A stretch of 64,000 nucleotides of DNA from Acidobacteriota bacterium. Lineage in GTDB: Bacteria; Acidobacteriota; CAIWXX01. How positions within the stretch are numbered: position 1 is the first letter of the stretch; each line of letters begins with the position of its first letter. The notes beneath the pieces were generated by a model that worked only from the letters and a program-made list of their open reading frames with translations, was not told the origin of the DNA and made no database searches. The position numbers and the translations under genes are program-made. The stretch spans positions 64,001 to 128,000 of the forward strand of contig JBFMAF010000043.1 in the NCBI GenBank assembly GCA_040755995.1, written 5' to 3'. Below are positions 17,392 through 27,399 of this stretch, piece by piece.

Positions 17392-18093
17392 CTATGAGAC
17401 GGAACGCCGCGACAAGCGCAGATTCTCCGCTCGCCAGAGCTTCGGTCTTGGCAGCGCGCACCGCCGAGGCCGGCGGAAATCCATCATGCTGCTCGCGCCC
17501 GCGAATCCCAAGTGCACGAGTGCCGCGCGGCGGAGGTCATGGAGTCGGTCTGTAAGCGCACGCGCTTCAACAAGCGGCGCCAGAGCATCACAGCCGCGCC
17601 CCATCGAGCTTAGCCTTGAACCTTGGGCAAGCAACACGTCCGCCACTATCTCCCCATGTCCCGACGCGCGCGCCGCCTCCAAGGCACGCGAGAGAATCTG
17701 AAGCGCTTCGCCCGGGGTCACTTCTGGCAAGCCCTCCAGATTCAGCAGAGCTTGAGCCTGGATGTCCGGGCGCTCTGCTTGGATCGAATTCTCCGCGGCG
17801 GCTTCGAGCTGCCGGCGGGCCTCGGTGAGCTCCTCCAGCAGTACCAGGGCCTGAGCAGCCTTGATGCGAACCGCTGCGGCACCGGCCCGGTCGCCCTGCA
17901 GCTCGCGCGCCTTGATCTCCTGACGTGCCCGCTCGATGAACGGTCTCAACTCGCTCAGTGGTCCTTCGCTGTCCATGTCAGCGGCCGTGTGTTCGGCGGC
18001 ATGCGCCATTTCGCCTGCCCGGGTCGGAAGCACATTCAAGGAAACGAGTAGCATCGGCGGCAGCAGACGGGCAGCGAACCTATCGGGAATCAT
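17392..18093 (-). CDS. secreted TPR-like helical protein, probably 3'-truncated
   Basis: Signal-like N-terminus and helical repeats (ALQILSRALEAARASGH...ALAPLVEARAL); degenerate C-terminus. Confidence 0.5.
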   Translation of the reverse strand: MIPDRFAARLLPPMLLVSLNVLPTRAGEMAHAAEHTAADMDSEGPLSELRPFIERARQEIKARELQGDRAGAAAVRIKAAQALVLLEELTEARRQLEAAAENSIQAERPDIQAQALLNLEGLPEVTPGEALQILSRALEAARASGHGEIVADVLLAQGSRLSSMGRGCDALAPLVEARALTDRLHDLRRAALVHLGFAGASSMMDFRRPRRCALPRPKLWRAENLRLSRRSVS

Positions 18094-18159
18094 CTCTCTC
18101 AGGAATCATACAACACATTGAACCGGGAGCCCCCGCCAACGTGGTATCGGCTGCGGGGG

Positions 18160-18417
18160 CGGAGCGGACTGCGACTCTTCGCAGCATCTCTGCCACGTGT
18201 GACGCTTCGCGGGCCGCGAAGTGCGCGATCTGCTTGTGACATGAGATGCCCGCGACGGCCACGTCGGCATCCGGGCGGGCATCGAGCCGGCAGCAGCATG
18301 CGGACGCAGGCCGTCTCCGATCTCCCCGCGACCAACGTGGAGGAAGGCCCACCTATCAGCCCTGAAGAAGGGGGAGAATCCCATGGATCGCCACGTCGCA
18401 GCCGAAATGCATCATCA
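18160..18417 (-). repeat. degraded copy of the 3' end of the 27954-29303 gene plus shared segment X
   Basis: 18160-18313 aligns with 27962-28123, and 18314-18417 aligns with 25709-25812. Confidence 0.9.
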
Positions 18418-18489
18418 TTGCTGATTCCAGGGTCCACTTCCAGTAAGACCAGCCGCATGTCACGCAAGACCGTGTAAAATAGGCGCAGT

Positions 18490-19179
18490 ATGTCAGGGAC
18501 CATCCTGATCGTGGAAGACGACCGCCATGTCCGCGGCATGACGAGCTATCTGCTGGATAGTGAGGGGTATAGATGCATCGGAGTCTCGAGTGCGGAGGAG
18601 GCGCTGGAACGCTTGACCGACGAGGCTCCCGCCCTCATCCTGCTCGACCTGGCTCTCCCCGGAATGAACGGGTACGAATTCTGCGAACGGCTGAAGGCAT
18701 CGGACGCCTGGAAGTCCATCCCGATCATCATGCTGACCGAGAAGAGCGGGGTTTCCGACATAGCTCGGGGACTCCAGAGCTACGCCGATGACTACATCCC
18801 CAAACCGTTCCACCCCCACATCCTGGTGGCCAGAGTTGAGGCCCTGCTCAGGCGGATCGGGGGTCAGGCGAAGCAGCCGGATTCGGCAGCGGGAGCTCAA
18901 AGTGGCGATCTGCGGATCGACCCGGACACGCGTGAGGTGTTCGTCGAGGGCCGGCCGGTGGAACTACAGAAGATGGAATTCGACATCCTCTGGCTCCTGG
19001 TATCTCACCCTCAGCGGGTCCATCCGCGCGAGCGGATCATCCGCGAGATCCGCGGAGAGGACTACTTCATCTCTGAGCGGGTGGTCGATAACCACATCTG
19101 CAAGCTGAGGAAGAGGCTGGGCGCGGTCGGGGACAGGATTGAGACCGTGCCCGGGGTGGGTTACCGCTTCCGGTCCTGA
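18490..19179 (+). CDS. OmpR/PhoB-family response regulator
   Basis: ILIVEDD, LLDLALPGMNG, DDYIPKPF; winged helix VDNHICKLRKRL..IETVPGVGYRF. Confidence 0.95.
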   Translation: MSGTILIVEDDRHVRGMTSYLLDSEGYRCIGVSSAEEALERLTDEAPALILLDLALPGMNGYEFCERLKASDAWKSIPIIMLTEKSGVSDIARGLQSYADDYIPKPFHPHILVARVEALLRRIGGQAKQPDSAAGAQSGDLRIDPDTREVFVEGRPVELQKMEFDILWLLVSHPQRVHPRERIIREIRGEDYFISERVVDNHICKLRKRLGAVGDRIETVPGVGYRFRS

Positions 19180-20930
19180 TCTCGCGCTCTCAGGCACCGC
19201 ACGATCGTCCGGTGGACCTCGTTGATCGACAGCGGTTTGGACAAGACGGCGTCGAATAGCCCTTCTACGAAGCCGTCCGGCGGCAGAGGCCTTCCCGTCA
19301 TGCAGATCACGGGAAGCGCATGGCCGGCATTGTGGATTCGATGAGCGAGCTTCTCGCCGTCCTCCACGGGCATGTGCCAGTCGGTGAGGACAAGGTCAAG
19401 CGCAGAGGGATCCGAGCGAAGCCTGGACCAGGCGTCTGCGCCGCCGGGGCTCACGGTGACGCGGTACCCGAGTTGCTTGAGGCGCATGCTCAGCATCTGG
19501 CGGATGGACGTGTCGTCTTCCACGACCAGGATGCGCTCGCCGCTGCCTGAAGCGGGGATGTCCTCTTCCGCGCCGGGCCGGGCCACAGCGCTTTCGCCGC
19601 TCTCCGGCAACAGGATCGTGAAAGTGGAGCCCGATCCGAGGGAGCTTTCGACGGTGATGCGGCCGTTGTGCGCCGAGATGATGCCATAGACGACTGCCAG
19701 GCCGAGTCCGGTGTTGCCATCGGCTGATTTCGTGGTGAAGTACGGCTCGAAGATGCGTTCCATCGTCTCGCGATTCATGCCTGTTCCGTGGTCGGTCACG
19801 CGGACGCGGCACATGCGACGGTCGCCCTCGCGCGTGCGGTCGAGAGAGAAGGAGAGCGAGCCGCCGTTCTCTCTCATCGCCTCGAGCGCATTGACGGCAA
19901 GATTCAGGAAGACCTGATAGAGCTTCACCGGGTCGCCGAGAACGGGCCACGGCCCGGCTCCCGCTGTCTCCTTGTGAACCGTGACGTTGGTGGGAACGAG
20001 CGTCTGGGCCGATTCCATGAAGGCATCGACCTCCTCGCCGAGGTCGAGCGCTTCCATCTGATCGCGTGCGACGCTCTGCCGGCCGAACTCACGGATCTGC
20101 TGGACGATCTTCTTTCCACGCAAAGAAGACTCCACGATCTGGGACACCGGGAAGGCCAGCGTACCATCCCCGGCCTTCTCCTGCAGCATCTCCGCATAGC
20201 CCAGAATCGTTGTGAGGATGTTGTTGAAGTCGTGGGCGATTCCGCTCGACAGCGTCCCCACCGCCTCCAGCTTCTGCTTCTCATACATCCGTTGTTCCAG
20301 TGCCTGACGGTCCTCTCGAAGGATGATTCCCCGTCTCAAGGTCTCGGAGAAGAGCAGTACGAAGAACACAGAAAGAAAGGCGTATCCGCTGGTGTAGTAG
20401 ACCGACAGGCCGACGGCGATCTTCGGGTCGCCCATACCCTTCAAGGCGTCGCGAAGCGGAAGGAAGCCGAGGGTTTCGAATAGCTCCACCACGACCACGT
20501 CAAAGAGGAGAATCAGACCAACGATTCGCAACAGCCGGACGTTTTCCCGCGCGAACGGCGAGGGATCGCCGGTGCACCGCACGATGCGCCTGAGAATCAC
20601 GATGACGAGGATGACCATGGCCATCCGGAGCAGCACCAGACCCTGATCCCTGAGCCAGAGCTGCTTCAGAAGAGCCTCCGGGATCTTCGCCCGGTAGGTC
20701 AGTGACAGGCCGTTGAAAGTGAACCGGTAGAATGGGTTCTTGATCTCATCGCTGAGCCCGCAGATCGTGTGGTCGCTCCAGGGTACCCACCTGACGAATC
20801 CGGGGCCGCTGGCTGCCACGCCGATCCAATTCATGGAATGAACTGCTAGCAGGACGGCCGTGCCCCAGAGAATGATGCTCAGCGTGATGCTGAGGACCAT
20901 CAGAAATCGGTGCTTTCGTGATTCCATCAT
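19161..20930 (-). CDS. hybrid sensor histidine kinase (DUF2975-like membrane input, HisKA, HATPase, REC)
   Basis: True start ATG 20930 after AGGAG; IAHDFNNIL, NLAVNA, DHGTGM, FEPYFTTK, GLGL, and a receiver domain ILVVEDD...LTDWHMP...KP. Confidence 0.92.
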   Translation of the reverse strand: MMESRKHRFLMVLSITLSIILWGTAVLLAVHSMNWIGVAASGPGFVRWVPWSDHTICGLSDEIKNPFYRFTFNGLSLTYRAKIPEALLKQLWLRDQGLVLLRMAMVILVIVILRRIVRCTGDPSPFARENVRLLRIVGLILLFDVVVVELFETLGFLPLRDALKGMGDPKIAVGLSVYYTSGYAFLSVFFVLLFSETLRRGIILREDRQALEQRMYEKQKLEAVGTLSSGIAHDFNNILTTILGYAEMLQEKAGDGTLAFPVSQIVESSLRGKKIVQQIREFGRQSVARDQMEALDLGEEVDAFMESAQTLVPTNVTVHKETAGAGPWPVLGDPVKLYQVFLNLAVNALEAMRENGGSLSFSLDRTREGDRRMCRVRVTDHGTGMNRETMERIFEPYFTTKSADGNTGLGLAVVYGIISAHNGRITVESSLGSGSTFTILLPESGESAVARPGAEEDIPASGSGERILVVEDDTSIRQMLSMRLKQLGYRVTVSPGGADAWSRLRSDPSALDLVLTDWHMPVEDGEKLAHRIHNAGHALPVICMTGRPLPPDGFVEGLFDAVLSKPLSINEVHRTIVRCLRARDQDRKR

Positions 20931-20955
20931 GTCGCTCCTGATCGGTGCTTCTCCA

Positions 20956-20971
20956 TGTAACGATAATGCAA
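20956..20971. promoter_or_regulatory. possible OmpR/PhoB-type tandem binding site
   Basis: TGTAA-N6-TGCAA (11-bp period) in the divergent kinase/ABC intergenic region. Confidence 0.3.
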
Positions 20972-21086
20972 AACGACCCGGTCGGCCATGCGGTCCACCA
21001 CATTTGACTGAAAGGAGACACGGCGGAGACGTGGAGGAGATATCTCTTCCGTACATATAGGGTGAACGGACAGAGAAAGGAAGGCA

Positions 21087-21956
21087 GTGATGATCTTGGA
21101 AGTCTCCGCTGTATCGAAGACATATGCGGGCGGGATCCAGGCGTTGAAGGACGTCACGCTGACGATTCCGGCCGGCATGTTCGGACTGGTCGGACCCAAT
21201 GGCGCAGGCAAGTCCACGCTGATGCGGTCGATCGCAACGCTTCAAGAGATCAACTCCGGAACGATCAGCTTCAACGGGCTGGACGTTATGAAGAACCGGA
21301 TGGCGGTCCGCGAGCAGCTCGGGTATCTCCCGCAGGACTTCGGGCTGTACCCGACGGTCAGTGCCTGGACGCTTCTCAATTACTTCGCCGCCCTCAAGGG
21401 GATCACCGGTCGTTCGGAACGCCATCGGACGGTGGAAGGACTGCTGAAACGCACCAACCTGTGGGACGTGCGCAAGCGCAAGTTGAAGACCTATTCCGGC
21501 GGGATGCGGCAGAGGTTCGGCATTGCCCAGGCGCTGCTGGGGGATCCGAAGCTCATCATCGTTGACGAACCGACCGCGGGCCTGGACCCGGAGGAACGAA
21601 ACCGATTCCTCAACTTGCTGAGTGAAATCGGGGGGCAGGTCGTGGTGATCCTCTCGACTCACATCGTCGTCGACGTGAGCGATCTCTGCTCGAACATGGC
21701 CATCATTGCCAACGGAGAGGTGAGGATGACGGGCAGCCCTCGCGAGGAGCTCCGGAAGCTCGATGGCAGGATCTGGGTCAAGTCGGTCGAACGTCATGAG
21801 CTCGATGTGTACGGCCAGCGCTTCTCGATCCTCTCGACCCATCTCCGAGAGGGCAGGCCCCACATCCGCATCTTCGCCGGCCAGCGCCCTGACGAGTCGT
21901 TCGAGCCCGCGGCTCCGGAGCTCGATGACGTCTACTTCCGGTACCTGAGGAACTGA
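21087..21956 (+). CDS. ABC-2 type transporter ATP-binding protein
   Basis: GPNGAGKST, YSGGMRQR, IIVDEPTAGLDP. Confidence 0.95.
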   Translation: MMILEVSAVSKTYAGGIQALKDVTLTIPAGMFGLVGPNGAGKSTLMRSIATLQEINSGTISFNGLDVMKNRMAVREQLGYLPQDFGLYPTVSAWTLLNYFAALKGITGRSERHRTVEGLLKRTNLWDVRKRKLKTYSGGMRQRFGIAQALLGDPKLIIVDEPTAGLDPEERNRFLNLLSEIGGQVVVILSTHIVVDVSDLCSNMAIIANGEVRMTGSPREELRKLDGRIWVKSVERHELDVYGQRFSILSTHLREGRPHIRIFAGQRPDESFEPAAPELDDVYFRYLRN

Positions 21957-22050
21957 CATGTTGCGGCGCAGCGTCCTGAGGAATGTGGATGCACGTTCGG
22001 ACACGCTCCAGACGCGGCCTGGAACGCGCGCGTGTCTGTGAGGATGCCCC

Positions 22051-25000
22051 ATGTGGAAACGGATGATCGGGTTCGAAATCCAGTACCGCCTCCAGCAGCC
22101 CTTCATTCACATATTCGCAATCGCGATCTTTGTGCTGGCGTTCGAAGGGACCGTGTCCACCGCGGTGGAGATCGGTGGGTCTGTCGGCCAGGTCGCGCGG
22201 AATGCCCCTTACGTGATCACGCGGTTCTTGATCATCTTCAGCATGATGGGCACCATCCTGCTCACCGCGTTCGTCGCCACGGCCGTGAACCGGGACCACG
22301 AGATCGGCATCCAGCAGATGGTCCTTGCGACTCCGGTCCGCAAGGCACCCTACCTGCTCGGCCGGTTCGCCGCGTCCCTGCTCCTTTCGGTGATCGCGGT
22401 CGCAGCGTCGACGGCCGGGATGACCTCGGGGAGCCTGATGCCGTTTCTCGATCCGGCCCGCCTGGCCCCGTTCTCGATCTGGCCCTACATGTCGGGGATG
22501 CTCATCTACGTCGCGCCGAATCTCCTGATCGTCGGCGCCATCATGTTCGCGGCCTCGACACTGACCCGCCGGATAATCTACGCCTACGTGGCCCTCATCG
22601 GCTTCTTCACGCTGTGGGGCCTGGCCGTCGCCTTCGCCGCCGATCTGGAATGGCAGTTTCTGGCGGCGCTCATCGATCCCTCCGGCTTTACGACATACCG
22701 TGTGATCACGCGATACTGGACGATTCTGGAGAAGAACACGTTGGTAGTCCCAATCACGGCCCCCCTCGTTCTGAATCGCTTGATCTGGATGGGCATCGCC
22801 GCGACCATCCTTGCTTTCACGACTCTCCGCTACCGCATGAACACCGAAGAGGCCGGGAGACAGGGGCGGACACGCGTCGTGGATGCTCCGGCGACCGGAC
22901 CGGCCCGTGAGACGCCGGCGCATCACCTCCCAGCCACGCTGCGGCCGTCCCTTCCGGCCACGCTTCTCACCATGGCGGCTCTGGACACGAGACAGGTGAT
23001 GAAGAGCCTCCCGTTCGTGTTCATGATGGGGTTCGGTCTCTTCAACCTCACCGGGAACATGTTGTTCGGCACTGGAGGGACGATCCACTATCCCGTGACC
23101 TGTCTGATGCTGCGTGAGATCCAGAACGGCTACGACCAGCTCCTCATGATCGTGCTGGTTGTCTACGCCGGGTGGCTGGTGTTTCGCGATCGGGACACGC
23201 GGATTCATGAGATGACCGGCTCCCTGCCGACCCGCGACTGGGTTCCTGTCGCGTCGAACGTGCTCACGTTGGCGGCGGTCACTCTGATCGCACTCCTCCT
23301 GGCCATGGGCGTGACGATCGGCTTCCAGATTCTCTCCGGATTCACTGACATCGAGTTCTTCCTCTACGGCAAGGGGCTCTTCCTCAGGGCTTTCAGCTAC
23401 TGGATGCTGGTGTCGGCGCTCTCGGTCTCGCTCCATTCCATCCTGAACAACCGGTATCTCGGCTACCTGGCCGTAATCGCAGTGCTGTTCTCGGCCACGA
23501 CAGTCCTGCCCAAGGTCGGCGTCCACCATCACCTGCTCCTTTACGCCACCACCCCGGAGGTGATCTACACGGACATGAACGGTTACGGCCACTTTGCGAA
23601 GCCGCTTGCGGTGTTCCACCTCTACTGGTGGGCGTTCACCGGTCTCCTGTTGACTCTGGCCGCCACGATGCGGGTCCGGGCGGCAGGCGATCGACTGCGC
23701 GTCCGTCTGCGTGACGCGCGAAACCGGTTCACTGGCGGTTTCAAGGCTGCCGCCGGGATTCTCATGCTGTCGTTTCTGGGGCTGGGCGCCTACATCTACT
23801 ACAACACCAACGTTTTGAACAAGCACCAGACGGAGGATGACCAGGACCGGTTGGCGGCGGACTACGAGAGGACCTACCTCAGGTACTGGACCATGCCCAG
23901 ACCGACCCTCACCGCTGTATCGCTGGGGGTCGATCTGTTCCCGGAAGAGCGCCGCGCCGACATGAGGGCACGGCTCTCGCTCCAGAATCGCACCGACCGT
24001 GCGCTGAGCGAAATCCATGTGACGTGGAACCCGGACCTGACCATCAACCGGATCGACTGCGGCCAGGCAGATCTCGCGCATGACGATTCAAGGCTCGGGT
24101 ACCGCATCTACCGTCTGCATCGACCGCTAATGCCCGGCGAATCCCTCGATCTGAAAACCGACCTCACCTTCCGGACCGCGGGATTCGTGAACGGCCAGGC
24201 GAACCAGCATTTCCTGCGGAACGGTACGTTCTTCACCAACTACGAGTACGTCCCGATCGTCGGGTACAACCCGCACCGCGAACTGGGCGATCCGCAGAAG
24301 CGCAAGAAGCTGGGATTGCCGGAGAAGCCGCGTGAGCCGTCCAACCTGGACCCGTCGAATGGCCGGTTCCCGCTGATGCCGAACGGAAGCTGGATCCAGT
24401 TCGATGCAGTCCTGAGCACCAGCCCCGATCAGACCGCCATCGCACCGGGGTACCTGATTCGCGAATGGAGCAAGAACGGCAGGCGGTTCGCACACTACAA
24501 GATGGACAGGCCCATGCTGAACTTCTATTCCGTCCAGTCCTCGCGCTACGCTGTGAAGCGATCTGAATGGAACGGGATCACCATCGAAGTCTTCTATCAT
24601 CCAGAGCACCCGTACAACGTGGATCGGATGATCGAGGCGATCCAGAGGACGCTTGCGTACTGCACCGAGGCGTTCGGCCCGTACCCCAATCGCCAGATTC
24701 GGGTGGTGGAATTCCCCGGCTTCAAGGACTATGCTCAGGCGTTCCCGAACACGCTCCCCTGCTCGGAGAGCGCCGGTTTCACCGAGGATGTGCGCAATCC
24801 CAGAACGATCGACGTGGTCTTCTTCATCACAGCGCACGAGACCGCTCACCAGTGGTGGGGCCACCAGGTCGAGGCCGCCTACGCCGAAGGCGCCAACATG
24901 ATCGTCGAGTCGGTCACGCAGTACTCGGCGTTCATGGTGATGGAGAAGACCTACGGCCCCGAGCGAATGAGCCGGTTCCTGCGCCACGAGCTCGATCGAT

Positions 25001-25608
25001 ACCTGAGCGGGCGGGGGAACGAGAGGAAGGGAGAGAGCCCGCTCATCCGCGTGGACAGCTCTCAACCGTACATCTTCTACAGCAAGGGCGGGCTGGCGAT
25101 GCTGGCGCTGAAAGAGGCCGTCGGCGAAGCGGCGCTGAACCGTACGCTGCGGGCCTTTCTGGAGAGATGGAAGTACTCCGAAGCGACCTACGCACTATCC
25201 AACGATCTTTACGCCGCCCTCGAGAGAGGTACGCCGGAGCAGTACCGCGGCCTGCTCCACGATCTGTTCCAGGACATCATCCTCTACGATCTCCGGACCA
25301 CGGGCGCGTCCGCCGCAAGCAACCCGAACGGGACCTGGGTTCTCAGGCAGGAGGTCAAGGTTCGTAAGATCCGCGCAGACGGTCTCGGCAAGGAGACCGA
25401 CATCCCCTGCAAGGACGAGATCGAGCTCGGCGTGTACGGAACCGATCCGCACCGGCCGCTGGTCCGTGAGCGGAGAACCCTCGAGGCCGGAACTCACACC
25501 CTGAGCTATACGCTTCGAGAGAAACCGCTCAAGGCCGGCATCGACCCAAGGCACTTGCTCATCGATCGGGTGCCGTCGGACAACGCGCGCGAGGTGCGGG
25601 TGGACTAG
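22051..25608 (+). CDS. ABC-2 permease fused to an M1-family aminopeptidase domain
   Basis: Two membrane halves followed by a soluble domain with YAQAFP, HETAHQWWG, a downstream E (VESVTQYS) and YSKG. Confidence 0.92.
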   Translation: MWKRMIGFEIQYRLQQPFIHIFAIAIFVLAFEGTVSTAVEIGGSVGQVARNAPYVITRFLIIFSMMGTILLTAFVATAVNRDHEIGIQQMVLATPVRKAPYLLGRFAASLLLSVIAVAASTAGMTSGSLMPFLDPARLAPFSIWPYMSGMLIYVAPNLLIVGAIMFAASTLTRRIIYAYVALIGFFTLWGLAVAFAADLEWQFLAALIDPSGFTTYRVITRYWTILEKNTLVVPITAPLVLNRLIWMGIAATILAFTTLRYRMNTEEAGRQGRTRVVDAPATGPARETPAHHLPATLRPSLPATLLTMAALDTRQVMKSLPFVFMMGFGLFNLTGNMLFGTGGTIHYPVTCLMLREIQNGYDQLLMIVLVVYAGWLVFRDRDTRIHEMTGSLPTRDWVPVASNVLTLAAVTLIALLLAMGVTIGFQILSGFTDIEFFLYGKGLFLRAFSYWMLVSALSVSLHSILNNRYLGYLAVIAVLFSATTVLPKVGVHHHLLLYATTPEVIYTDMNGYGHFAKPLAVFHLYWWAFTGLLLTLAATMRVRAAGDRLRVRLRDARNRFTGGFKAAAGILMLSFLGLGAYIYYNTNVLNKHQTEDDQDRLAADYERTYLRYWTMPRPTLTAVSLGVDLFPEERRADMRARLSLQNRTDRALSEIHVTWNPDLTINRIDCGQADLAHDDSRLGYRIYRLHRPLMPGESLDLKTDLTFRTAGFVNGQANQHFLRNGTFFTNYEYVPIVGYNPHRELGDPQKRKKLGLPEKPREPSNLDPSNGRFPLMPNGSWIQFDAVLSTSPDQTAIAPGYLIREWSKNGRRFAHYKMDRPMLNFYSVQSSRYAVKRSEWNGITIEVFYHPEHPYNVDRMIEAIQRTLAYCTEAFGPYPNRQIRVVEFPGFKDYAQAFPNTLPCSESAGFTEDVRNPRTIDVVFFITAHETAHQWWGHQVEAAYAEGANMIVESVTQYSAFMVMEKTYGPERMSRFLRHELDRYLSGRGNERKGESPLIRVDSSQPYIFYSKGGLAMLALKEAVGEAALNRTLRAFLERWKYSEATYALSNDLYAALERGTPEQYRGLLHDLFQDIILYDLRTTGASAASNPNGTWVLRQEVKVRKIRADGLGKETDIPCKDEIELGVYGTDPHRPLVRERRTLEAGTHTLSYTLREKPLKAGIDPRHLLIDRVPSDNAREVRVD

Positions 25609-25623
25609 CTGGGGGTCGCGTTC

Positions 25624-25812
25624 CGCTTGCGACATGAGATGCCCATGACAGCGACGTCGGCATCCGAGCGGGCATCGAGCGCGGGCAGCAGCATGCGGGC
25701 GCAGGCCGTATCCGAGCTCCTCGCGCCCCACGTGAAGGAAAGCCCACTTGTCAGCCTTGAAGAAGGGGGAGAATCCCATGGAGCGCCACGTCGCAGCTGA
25801 AATGGATCATCA
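25624..25812 (-). repeat. second degraded copy of the 27954-29303 3' end plus segment X
   Basis: 25624-25708 encodes ACARMLLPALDARSDADVAVMGISCRK on the minus strand; 25709-25812 matches 18314-18417. Confidence 0.9.
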
Positions 25813-25850
25813 GTATGGTGCGCGGTCTCCCGCAGCCATGGTTCGCCGCT

Positions 25851-26852
25851 TCACCGCAGCACGCGGAGGGCGTTCAGCGTGATCCACTTGCTGGGCTTGC
25901 CCTTCTGTTCGACATCCACCTGGAACTTTCCGTTGAACGTATCCTGGAGCAGCCAACGGCCGTCCGGCCTCTGTCTCGATCGTATCAGATCGATTGCATC
26001 CTTCAGGCGCTCGTCCCTGCAGCCCAGCCCGAGCAGCAGCAGTGTGATTTCCAGGACGTCCGTCTGGTACATCCGCGGGAAGCCGAAGCGAGTCCAGCCG
26101 GGCTTCGCCACCCGGCTGAGATTGTGACTCCGCTTGAAAACGTGGTGGCGCAACAGAAACTCGACTCCCGCCTCGATCGCACGTCGAACCGCGGCCGAGC
26201 GGCGCTTCGCCGGGATAGCGGCGAACGCCTTGAGCCCCTTGACCACGCCCATGAAGCACGTGTGCCGACCGTAACACATCTCCCACCGGTTGTACGGCCA
26301 GTCGCGCGGTGGAGCGGACTCGCCGTCATCGAAGCGCAGGTAGCGCGTGAGCCATTCCACCCCGCGACCCACCCGCTCGTCACCGAGGTATCCAAGCCGC
26401 AACAGGCTCCAGACGACGTTCCCGGTGAGGCACGGCACCACGCCACTCGGCAGCCCTCCGCCCGTGCGCTTCGCGCTCTGGTAAGAGAACCCGCCGCTCA
26501 CGGGGTCCTGGCTGTTTGCGAGTACGAACTCGCATCCACGCCGCACGCGTGCATCGTCCCCGTCGGCAAGGTGTTCCGCGAGCACGATCAGTTGCCACAC
26601 CGTGCCCCGGTACTTCGCCGTATAGAAGGAGTCGGGGTTTCCCCAATGGCCGCCAGGCTCCTGCCGCTCGAGAATGGCGGCTACGACGCCCGTTCTCATG
26701 ATCGCCTTGCGCGACTCGCGGGCGGCAGGGTTGCGGCAGGATCGTCCGAGAAGGTCGGTCAGGGTCAGGTAGCTCACCGTCGGGTTCTCTGGCTCCACCA
26801 GCCAGTCGATCGCATCGCTGCACACGCGGCCCGTCGAAGCCCCTGCCAGCAT
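25851..26852 (-). CDS. prenyltransferase/squalene-cyclase repeat (alpha/alpha toroid) protein
   Basis: QEPGGHW, SQDPVSGGF and RQRPDGRW repeats; C-terminal SKWITLNAL; GAGGAGG RBS. Confidence 0.75.
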   Translation of the reverse strand: MLAGASTGRVCSDAIDWLVEPENPTVSYLTLTDLLGRSCRNPAARESRKAIMRTGVVAAILERQEPGGHWGNPDSFYTAKYRGTVWQLIVLAEHLADGDDARVRRGCEFVLANSQDPVSGGFSYQSAKRTGGGLPSGVVPCLTGNVVWSLLRLGYLGDERVGRGVEWLTRYLRFDDGESAPPRDWPYNRWEMCYGRHTCFMGVVKGLKAFAAIPAKRRSAAVRRAIEAGVEFLLRHHVFKRSHNLSRVAKPGWTRFGFPRMYQTDVLEITLLLLGLGCRDERLKDAIDLIRSRQRPDGRWLLQDTFNGKFQVDVEQKGKPSKWITLNALRVLR

Positions 26853-27048
26853 GGTCCCTCCTCAGTACCGTCGTCGAGCGTCTCTTGGTCCACCGCCTGC
26901 GATGTTCAAATCGTCTTGCATCGAACACCCCGACGGTACGCCGGATCGTCGAGACGAACAAGTTCGCAGAGGTCAGGAGCATGTACTCGATGCGCTGCGA
27001 ATCTGTCTACCTCGCCACGCCTACCATTCGGCCGCGCTATGATGTGAA

Positions 27049-27399
27049 CTATTTCAAGGGGAGGTACTGGACATATTGGGTGAGTTCATGCGGCTCGGCA
27101 ACTTTGGCGAGCAACTCCAGGTCTCCCACGATCTCCCCGATCGTCATCTGAAGTTGATGCGCGTAGATGACGCCGAGGAACGGGTCGCCTTTCTCTTGCC
27201 ACAGGTGCGCTTCTCGCAAGAAGTCCTCGTCCTGTGTGAACACCACCCTGCCGAGCTCGCGGGCCCGATGGAGCAACTCTGGGTCTTTGCGGCCTCGGCG
27301 ACCGTCATCCTGGACGGTCAGCACGTCGACTCCGGCGAGATCCAGAGCGAGCGCTATGGCCACGGGCACGTGTTCATCCATATACAGACGAAGAGTCAA
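27049..27399 (-). CDS. DUF5615 PIN-like toxin
   Basis: LYMDEHV...D.ELL..A...GRVVFTQDEDF. Confidence 0.85.
   Translation of the reverse strand: MTLRLYMDEHVPVAIALALDLAGVDVLTVQDDGRRGRKDPELLHRARELGRVVFTQDEDFLREAHLWQEKGDPFLGVIYAHQLQMTIGEIVGDLELLAKVAEPHELTQYVQYLPLK

Noticed and set aside
20931..22106. 981-aa version of the histidine kinase
   Set aside because: The N-terminal ~390 aa are the antisense shadow of the ABC ATPase gene plus intergenic DNA; a good RBS supports ATG 20930.
21778..24081. Long antisense or alternate-frame ORFs (this one, 3380-4552, 31520-32965, 38009-39532, 45772-47286, 53003-54541, 61764-63323 and similar)
   Set aside because: They overlap well-supported genes, lack motifs, and are expected in high-GC DNA.
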